Below are positions 62,886 through 64,000 of a stretch of 64,000 nt of DNA, piece by piece. Both the position numbers and the translations under genes were made by a program. The notes under the pieces were generated by a model. It did no database searches and was not told where the DNA came from. It saw only the letters and a list, made by a program, of their open reading frames with translations. Within the stretch, counting starts at the first letter, position 1; each line of letters starts with the position of its first letter. Source of the stretch: Phoronis australis (Eukaryota > Animalia > Phoronida). Where the stretch lies: positions 363,056 through 427,055 of the forward strand of contig NMRA01000336.1 in NCBI GenBank assembly GCA_002633005.1, written 5' to 3'.

Positions 62886-64000
62886 ACTGCTCGTAGCTAG
62901 ACTTTGTAAAATACACGACGGTCTATCATTTCTATGGACTCCTGCTTGAAAACACAAAAAGACCATTTATTTTTTTTATTTGTCTTAGTCAGACAGCAAA
63001 CTGATATAAATTATTATTGGAAATCACCACACATTGCAAACTGGCCCCCAGAGCACCTCAAAAATGGATGAAACCTTCTAAGACATAAAATCCAGCAAAA
63101 TTTACCGAATTTTGGAACTCCAGTAAAGGTTAATGGAAACTCCTTTAAAATGATAAGATTGTCTTCTGGTAGAAAGGTTCAATATCTACATTAATAACAT
63201 ATTTTTTTCTTTGCCGTTATTTTAAGCCGCTTTAAAACAACTTCACAAACTGAATCTTTTTGAACCAAAATGGGATATTTTGTGTTAAAGTATCCATGGT
63301 GATCTAACTCAAAAAATAATGGCCCAAGAAATTCTACAGTTTGAACATATCTCACTAGAATGTATGAACACGCAATTTTTTAAGATCCGAGTCGGTGACT
63401 CTAAAGTTGACCTTTTGGTGCACTCGTGAAAATTACAGTTAATTATCTGTGCATATTCCGTTACTCACAAAATTTATTATTTTTTATTTTAATAGATTTG
63501 TGATTTCATCGAAAATGCATGTGTAGCGTGAAGAAAAGAGGAATAAAAATAAAATTCCAAAGATGATCCGCAGCCTCGGCTCTATTGGAAATACATTGAT
63601 CAGGATTGACGAAATACGAATGGTAGAAAGTTTTTGTTGCTTGTGTCACATAACCTTCTTTCCAAATCGTAAAGTGATTTTTCTACGGTCGCCACCAACT
63701 CAGTGGCATACAATAAGGTTTGTCTAAGCGTCGGCTTGCGATGTACCGCACTGAATCTCTGGCTCCCAGTCGTTATAAAGCTCGCAACTAATCCATCAAG
63801 TCAGGATGGCCGTGAAATTCGAAATACAAGTCGAGAAAATTTGTTGTTTTTCCTCCGTAAAATCCGTAGTAGAGGGCGGCAGATCGATGATCCAGCAAGA
63901 TAAATAAAAGTAGCCTAATAATTAGTGACAAGTTGCGTTACTTCATTTTTGTTGAGAATCCAAAATAGAAAGACTATGGCTTTTTCCAATGTTTCCGCTG

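Overview
Eukaryotic (animal, invertebrate-like, AT-rich) genomic DNA with two assembly gaps (23960-24526, 47305-48130). One host gene runs on the minus strand: an FBXL2/FBXL20-type F-box/leucine-rich-repeat gene. I could place 12 GT-AG exons between 41831 and 1033 (1164 nt, 388 codons) with all splice phases compatible. The start exon was not found and the last exon lies beyond the left edge. The large introns are packed with nested transposon remnants: Academ-like (XPG + Cys-rich), Sola3-like, THAP-bearing Kolobok-like, piggyBac, pogo/Tc-mariner, Harbinger, 5-bp-TSD hAT-like, Helentron-like tandem-repeat elements, a Tx1/L1-like LINE and Penelope-like elements with hammerhead-ribozyme-like motifs. 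I see no convincing novel protein-coding system. The best leads are non-coding: a Helentron-like family with regularly spaced CTCF-like motifs (one copy supplies an exon's splice acceptor tract), a Kolobok family with shuffled ends, fold-back Penelope ends with hammerhead cores, and a triple AGGTCA (DR5) motif. All family names come from reading motifs by eye, not from database searches.
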